A stretch of DNA of 64,000 bases, from the NCBI RefSeq assembly GCF_009914755.1, contig NC_060935.1; one strand, given 5' to 3'. The first letter of the stretch is position 1; every line of letters begins with the position of its first letter. The notes under the pieces are model-generated. The model searched no databases and was not told where the DNA came from. It worked only from the letters and a program-made list of their open reading frames with translations. The DNA is from the human T2T-CHM13v2.0 reference genome, Homo sapiens. Shown piece after piece: positions 53,617-64,000 of the stretch. Position numbers and translations under genes: made by a program.

Positions 53617-54380
53617 CTGACAGCTTCTGGTGACAAAGCCACCCCGCTTGTGACAACCTCAGGTCACACAGCAGCTCCTCCCCTGACAACCTAAGGTCAC
53701 ACAACAACTTCTCCTTTTAAAGTCTCAGGTGACACAGCAGACTCTCCCCTGACAAACTCAGGTCACACAGTAACCCTTCAGCTGACCTCAGGTGACACAG
53801 CCACCCCTCCCCTGACAACCTCAGGTCACACAGCCACCCCTCCCCTGACAACCTCAGGTCACACAGCCACCCCTCCCCTGACAACCTCAGGTCACACAGC
53901 TACCCTTCAACTGACAACCTCAGGTCACACAGCCACCCCTCCCCTGACAACCTCAGGTGACACAGTAACCCTTCAACTGACAACCTCAGGTCACACAGCC
54001 ACCCCTCTCCTGACAACTTCAGGTCACACAGCCACCCCTCCCCTGACAACCTCAGGTCACACAGCCACCCCTCTCCTGACAACTTCAGGTCACACAGCCA
54101 CCCCTCCCCTGACAACCTCAGGCCACACAGCCACCCCTCACCTGACAATCTCAGGTGACACAGCCACCCCTCCCCTCACAACCTCAGGTCACACAGCCAC
54201 CCCTCCTCAGACAACTTCTGACATAGCAACTCCTTGCCTGACAACCCTAGGTAACATAGCAACCCTCCCTTGACAACCCATGTGACATGGCAATGCTTCT
54301 CCTGACAGCCACATGTCAGCAACCTCTGCCTGACAACCCAGGTGACATAACAGCACCCCCCGACAACCGCATGTTACCTT
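53617..54380. repeat. Minisatellite, about 22 x 33 bp with degenerate edges
   Basis: Unit ctgacaacctcaggtcacacagccacccctccc; the 11-aa period (CDLRLSGEGWL) in the ORF track agrees. Confidence 0.95.
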
Positions 54381-54603
54381 GCCACCCTCCCATACCGACT
54401 GTATGTGGGTATCCCCTCCTACCCCGCCTTGGGAGCCCCATGTGAGGTAGCCAGCCTTTCCCTGGCCCTGGGCCCTCCATTTCTGCTTGCTGTCTCCTCT
54501 GTTCCTCCCAAGAACTCACTGCTCTACCGTGTAATCTCTTGTTTCTCTGCTGTCTTAGTCCGCTTGGGCTGCCAGAGGAGCACACCTTGGGCAGGGAGGC
54601 TTA

Positions 54604-54808
54604 GATGCACCTGTGCATGGTTCTGGAGGCCCAGGGCTGCGGAGGATCCACCTGTGCATGGTTCTGGAGGCCCAGGGCTGCGGAGGATCCACCTGTGCAT
54701 GGTTCTGGAGGCCCAGGGCTGCGGAGGATCCACCTGTGCATGGTTCTGGAGGCCCAGGGCTGCGGAGGATCCACCTGTGCATGGTTCTGGAGGCCCAGGG
54801 CTGCGGAG
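54604..54808. repeat. Minisatellite, 5 x 41 bp
   Basis: Unit ccacctgtgcatggttctggaggcccagggctgcggaggat, essentially invariant. Confidence 0.97.
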
Positions 54809-54982
54809 CCTCTGTGTGCTGGGACCTTCCTGCTTTGCAGGCGGCTGCCTCCTCACTTGCCCTCACGCGGCTGCAGGCAGATGGAGAGATGCGGTGCTTC
54901 CTCCTCTTTCTCATCATGGGGGCTCCTCCCTGATGACCTGATTACCTCCCAAACACCCCATTTCCAAACACCATGGCACTGG

Positions 54983-56207
54983 GCATTGGATTTTGCTGTA
55001 TGCATTCTGGGGGATACACTTCTGCTCACAGGCATTGGATTTTGGTGTGTGCATTCTGGGGGATACACTTCTGCTTACAGGCAGTGGATTTTGGTATGTG
55101 CATTCTGGGGGATACACTTCTGCTCACACGCATTAGATTTTGGTGTGTGCATTCTGGGGGATACACTTCTGCTCACACGCATTAGATTTTGGTGTGTGCA
55201 TTCTGGGGGATACACTTCTGCTCACACGCATTAGATTTTGGTGTGTGCATTCTGGGGGATACACTTCTGCTCACACGCATTAGATTTTGCTGTGTGCATT
55301 CTGGGGGATACACTTCTGCTCACACACATTAGATTTTGCTGTGTGCATTCTGGGGGATACACTTCTGCTTACACCCATTAGATTTTCATGTGTGCATTCT
55401 GGGGGATACACTTCTGCTCACACGCATTAGATTTTGGTGTGTGCATTCTGGGGGATACACTTCTGCTCACACGCATTAGATTTTGGTGTATGCATTCTGG
55501 GGGATACACTTCTGCTTACACCCATTAGATTTTGGTGTGTGCATTCTGGGGGATACACTTCTGCTCACACGCATTGGATTTTGGTGTATGCATTCTGGGG
55601 GATACACTTCTGCTTACACCCATTAGATTTTGGTGTGTGCATTCTGGGGGATACACTTCTGCTTACAGGCAGTGGATTTTGGTGTGTGCATTCTGGGGGA
55701 TACACTTCTGCTTACACCCATTAGATTTTGGTGTATGCATTCTGGGGGATACACTTCTGCTCACACGCATTAGATTTTGCTGTGTGCATTCTGGGGGATA
55801 CACTTTTGCTCACACGCATTAGATTTTGCTGTGGGCATTCTGGGGGATACACTTTTGCTTACAGAAATTGGATTTTGGTGTGTGCATTCTGGGGGATACA
55901 TTTCTGCTCACAGGCATTGGATTTTGGTGTGTGCATTCTGGGGGATACACTTCTGCTCACAGTCAGTGGATTTTGGTGTGTGCATTCTGGGGGATACACT
56001 TCTGCTCACACGCATTAGATTTTGCTGTGTGCATTCTGGGGGATACACTTTTGCTTACAGACATTGGATTTTGGTGTGTGCATTCTGGGGGATACATTTC
56101 TGCTCATAGGCATTGGATTTTGGTGTGTGCATTCTGGGGGATACACTTTTGCTTACAAGCATTGGATTTTGGTGTGTGCATTCTGGGGGATACACTTCTG
56201 TCCACAA
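54983..56207. repeat. Minisatellite, 25 x 49 bp
   Basis: Unit gcattagattttggtgtgtgcattctgggggatacacttctgctcacac; exact 49-bp register from 54983 to 56159. Confidence 0.98.
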
Positions 56208-56901
56208 CACCTGTGTTGTGTACTGTCTCTCCTTGATCAGAGTGCAGTCTCTAAGGGGGTCTTTTTCGATTCTGTTCACTATGATGTTGTAGCATCTAGA
56301 ACAGTGACCAGCATGTAGTGGGTTCAGAATCAATATTCTCTGCCTAACTGTTACGGCCTGAACTGTGGCTCCTTCTGATTTACATGTGAAAGCCCTAACC
56401 CCCCATGTAAGTGTATTTGGACATAGAGTCTTTGAGGAGCTCATAGGGTGGGGCTCTCATCAGATAAGACTGGTGTCCTTTTAGGAAGAGGAAGAGACAC
56501 CAGGGCTGAGAGTGCCACATAGGGAAGGAAAGACCATGTGAGGACACAGTGAGAAGATGGCCATGTGCAGGCTAGGAAGGGAGGCCTCACCAGGCACCAT
56601 CCTTGACCTTGAAGTCCCAGCCTCCAGAACTGTGAGCAATGAATGCCTGTTTTTTTTCTGTTTTTTTGTTTTTATTTATTATCATTATTATTTTTATTAT
56701 TATACTTTAAGTTCTAGGGTACATGTACACAACGTGCAGGTTTGTTACGTATGTATACATGTGCCATGTTGGTGTGCTACACCAATTAACTCATCATTTA
56801 CATTAGGTACATCTCCTAATGCTATCACTCCCTGCTCCCCTACCCCACAACAGGCCCCAGTGTGTGATGTTCCCCTTCCTGTGTCCATGTGTTCTCATTG
56901 T

Positions 56902-60714
<3,813 letters not shown>

Positions 60715-60777
60715 TATGATGTTAGATGGTTATTTTGCTCGTTAGTTTATGCAGTTTCTTCCTAGCATCAATGGTCT

Positions 60778-61792
60778 TTACAATTTGGCATGTTTATGCA
60801 GTGGCTGGTACTGATTTTTCCTTTCCATGTTTAGTGCTTCCTTCAGGAGCTCTTGTAGGCAGGCCTGATGGTGACAAAATCTCTCAGCATTTGCTTGTCT
60901 GTAAAGGATTTTATTTCTCCTTCACTTATGAAGCTTAGTTTGGCTGGATATGAAATTCTGGGTTGAAAATTCTTTCTTTAAGGATGTTGAATATTGACCC
61001 CCACTCTCTTCTGGCTTGTAGAGTTTCTGCCGAGAGATCAGCTGTTAGTTTGATGGGCTTCCCTTTGTGGGTACACCCGACCTTTCTCTCTGGCTGCCCT
61101 TAACATTTTTTCCTTTATTTCAACTTTGGTGTATCTGACAATTGTGTGTCTTGGAGTTGCTCTTCTTGAGGAGTATCTTTGTGATGTTCTCTGTATTTCC
61201 TGAATTTGAATGTTGGCCTGCCTTGGTAGGTTGGGGAAGTTCTCCTGGATAATATCCTGCAGAGTGTTTTCCAACTTGGTTTCCTTCTCTCTGTCACTTT
61301 CAGGTACACCAATCAGACGTAGATTTAGTCTTTTCACATAGTCCTATATTTCTTGGAGGCTTTGTTCATTTCTTTTTCTGTTTTTTCTCTAAACTTCTCT
61401 TCTCGCTTCATTTCATTCATTTGATCTTCAATCACTGATACCCTTCCTTCTGGTTGATCGAATCGGCTACTGAAGCTTGTGCATTCATCACGTAGTTCTC
61501 GTGCCATGGTTTTCAGCTCCATCAGGTCATTTAAGGTCTTCTCTACTCTGGTTATTCTAGTTAGCCATTCGTCTAATGTTTTTTCAAGGTTTTTAACTTC
61601 TTTGCCATGGGTTCAAACTTCCTCCTTTAGCTTGGAGAAGTTTGGTCATCTGAAGCCTTCTTCTCTCAACTCGTCAAAGTCATTCTCTGTCTATCTTTGT
61701 TCTGTTGCTGGTGAGGAGCTGCATTTCTTTGGAGGGGGAGAGGAGCTCTGATTTTTAGAATTTTCAGCTTTTCTGCTTTGGTTTCTCCCCAT
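60778..61792 (-). pseudogene. Disrupted L1 ORF1
   Basis: ATG at 61792, TAA at 60778-60780; fragments MELKTMARELRDEC and NLRLIGVPESD...ENTLQDIIQENFPNL are frameshifted. Confidence 0.93.
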
Positions 61793-62112
61793 CTTTGTGG
61801 TTTTATCAACCTTTGGTCTTTGATGATGGTGACATACCAATGGGGTTTTGGTATGGATGTCCTTTCTGTTTGTTAGTTTTCCTTCTAGCAGTCAGGACCC
61901 TCAGCTGCAGGTCTGTTGGAGTTTGCTGGAGGTCCACTCCAGACCCTGTTTGCCTGGGTATCACCAGTGGAGTCTGCAGAACAGCAAATATTTCAGAACA
62001 GCAAATGTTGCTGCCTGATTGTTCTTCTGGAAGCTTCGTCTCAGAGGGGCACCCTGCCGTGTGATTGAAGTCCCCCATTGTTTTGTTTTGGCAGCTGATT
62101 TAGTAAACAAAC

Positions 62113-62450
62113 AAGAATGAAGAAGGAAACCATAGCTGAGTGGCAGAGCGAGCCTGGCTGTTTACACAGGACTCCAGGGCAGGGCTCCTGGAGAGGGACG
62201 TGCCAGAGGGATGGGCCGAGGCCCAGGAGGAAGTGAACCTGCTCAGGGGCAGAAAGGAGACAAGAGAGAGGTGAGAGAGGAGGGCAAGAGCCAGGCCTTG
62301 GAGGCTGGGCCACCAGGAAATGAGTTTGCACCTTATTGGGAAGCCACTGGGAGGCTTGAAGGAGGGTAACAAACTATGATTTTAGAGACCAAAAAAAGGG
62401 TTCCTTGGTGCCTGGGTGGAGGACGGGCTTCAGAGGAAGAAACTGTGAGC
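62113..62450 (-). mobile_element. L2 relic
   Basis: cagggcagggctcctggagaggg...gagtttgcaccttattgggaagccactgggaggcttgaag. Confidence 0.55.
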
Positions 62451-64000
62451 TCCTGGAGTGCAGGCATGAAGGCAGGAGTGTCCTCGCTCCAGCCCTGGGC
62501 ACGGGCCTAGCTCCTTGGTGCTCAGTGTGTAGTGGGGGCATGTATTAACTGGAATGGTGCTTTGCTTTTGTTCTCTGTACTTTGGGTGGTGGACAGCTTT
62601 CCTCTGTGGTGCTCTTTCTCCTTCCCTTCATTTTCCCAGGGGTCCATCCTCTGCATTTACCTGGGAGGGAGCTCTGTTACCTGGGGAGGGGCTCACAGTC
62701 CTAGGCAGAATGGGGGCTCCCAGTGCCAGCTCCTAGGGCAGGAGCGACAGCCTCAGAAGCCTCAGCACTCAGATCTGTATCACGGTCCCAACCAGAGCCT
62801 TGTTGTGTGCAGAGCCCTCCCTCTGCAGTGAAGAGCCTGAGGAAGCCATGTTCTCGCTGAAGCCGGAGTGGGCTGGCTGGGTGCCTGGCTCTGGCACTGA
62901 AGCTGCCTCTCGGCTCACCTCCCAAGCAGCAGGGCATCTTGGGGGAAGGCAGTGTCAGCCCATGGTGCTTTGCTCTGTCTCTGGCTCCTGGACTGGGCTC
63001 TGAGCCCAGACAGTTTAATGCCACTGTGGACTTCATTCCAGGGGGTGTGGGGACCTCTGGAGAGTTCCACAACCCCATGGGGTAGGGCTCCTGGTGCTGG
63101 TTGAGGCCAGGCCTTCAGTTGGACACAATTTTGTCGTTGCCGCCACTGACTGCCATCTGGGTCGCTGCTGTTAGTTCCCAGTGGGGCTCAGCTCCCCTAC
63201 AGATGATCTCTGTAGCTCACCCCAGCCTGCAGATGGAGAAAAACAGTAGGCCCTGCCGGAACACGCTTTGGGAGCAGCCCATGGTGGCCTGGGGGCTCTA
63301 CAGGAGCTTCCCCTCCCCCTCCCACCAGTGAAGAGGAAGGTGCCACCGGTACCCGAGAGTGTTGTGTGTGCCTCCATGCCTCCCATGTGCAGCGTGGCTG
63401 TGCACGTGTGAGAGTGGGTGAACATGCCCACGTGTGCATGCAGGTGCGTGTCCCACAAGACACCCGTGCTCACATGCACACTCCTGTGTGTCTGCTCATG
63501 TGTCTGTGTATGTACTCGACTCAACCCAGGTTTATCGAAGACCTGTTATTGAAGGTCTGCTATGGGCCAGGCCCTGTAGGGTACTCCGGGACTGCAAACT
63601 CGATCTTTTTTTGCTCTTATGGACTGTTTAGTCCAACAGGGGAGGCGGATATGAATTGAGCAATTAAAGGTTACATGTAAACTGTCAAATGTGAGACACG
63701 CTCCTGTGAGTTTTCATGTATTAGTGAATGGACGCTTCTGAGGGGCATCTGTGTCCCTGGGAGGAAACTTGTGTCTGCTGGTGCTCCCGTGTGTGCCTGT
63801 GCACACCCATGCTGGTTCTTGCACACACCTCGTCTCTATAAGAGGGCTGCAGAAAAGAAGACTGGATGTGCACGACATACTGAATCTGAGGATCTGGAAA
63901 GAGAGAGCAGGGAGCAATGTCTGAGGATGTCCTGGAGACTCTGTTGATGGGCCCCAGGAGACCGAGCCATGCACGGGACTCTCAGGTCCCTGAAAGAGCC

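Larger units (their letters stand above)
54551..56209 (-). mobile_element. MLT1A-like MaLR solo LTR inflated by two VNTRs
   Basis: Starts tgtcttagtccgcttgggctgcc; gatgacctgattacctcccaaa...caaacaccat; ends tctgtccacaaca. Confidence 0.8.

Overview
Primate, most likely human, non-coding genomic DNA. It carries Alu (J/S/Y), L1PA, THE1/MST/MLT1, MER41, MER21, MER74, L2 and MIR elements. No credible host protein-coding gene, tRNA, rRNA, CRISPR array or prokaryotic system was found. The only ORFs with recognisable protein content are the broken ORF1/ORF2 of a 5'-truncated L1PA5-like element (about 56650-62064, minus strand). The striking property is the density of tandem repeats: about ten minisatellites with 20-70 bp units, plus a 0.8 kb (TCCA)n array. 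At least five arrays arose inside old transposons, and several multiply a recognisable regulatory motif (BANP-type TCTCGCGAGA, forkhead, TFAP2, ETS, p53-like, nuclear-receptor half-site, splice-signal motifs). A TATA box with a strong donor site near the left end, plus exon-like segments at 45-50 kb, hints at a spliced plus-strand lncRNA, but this is weakly supported. Repeat subfamily names come from remembered consensus sequences and need RepeatMasker/Dfam confirmation. I could not identify the locus.
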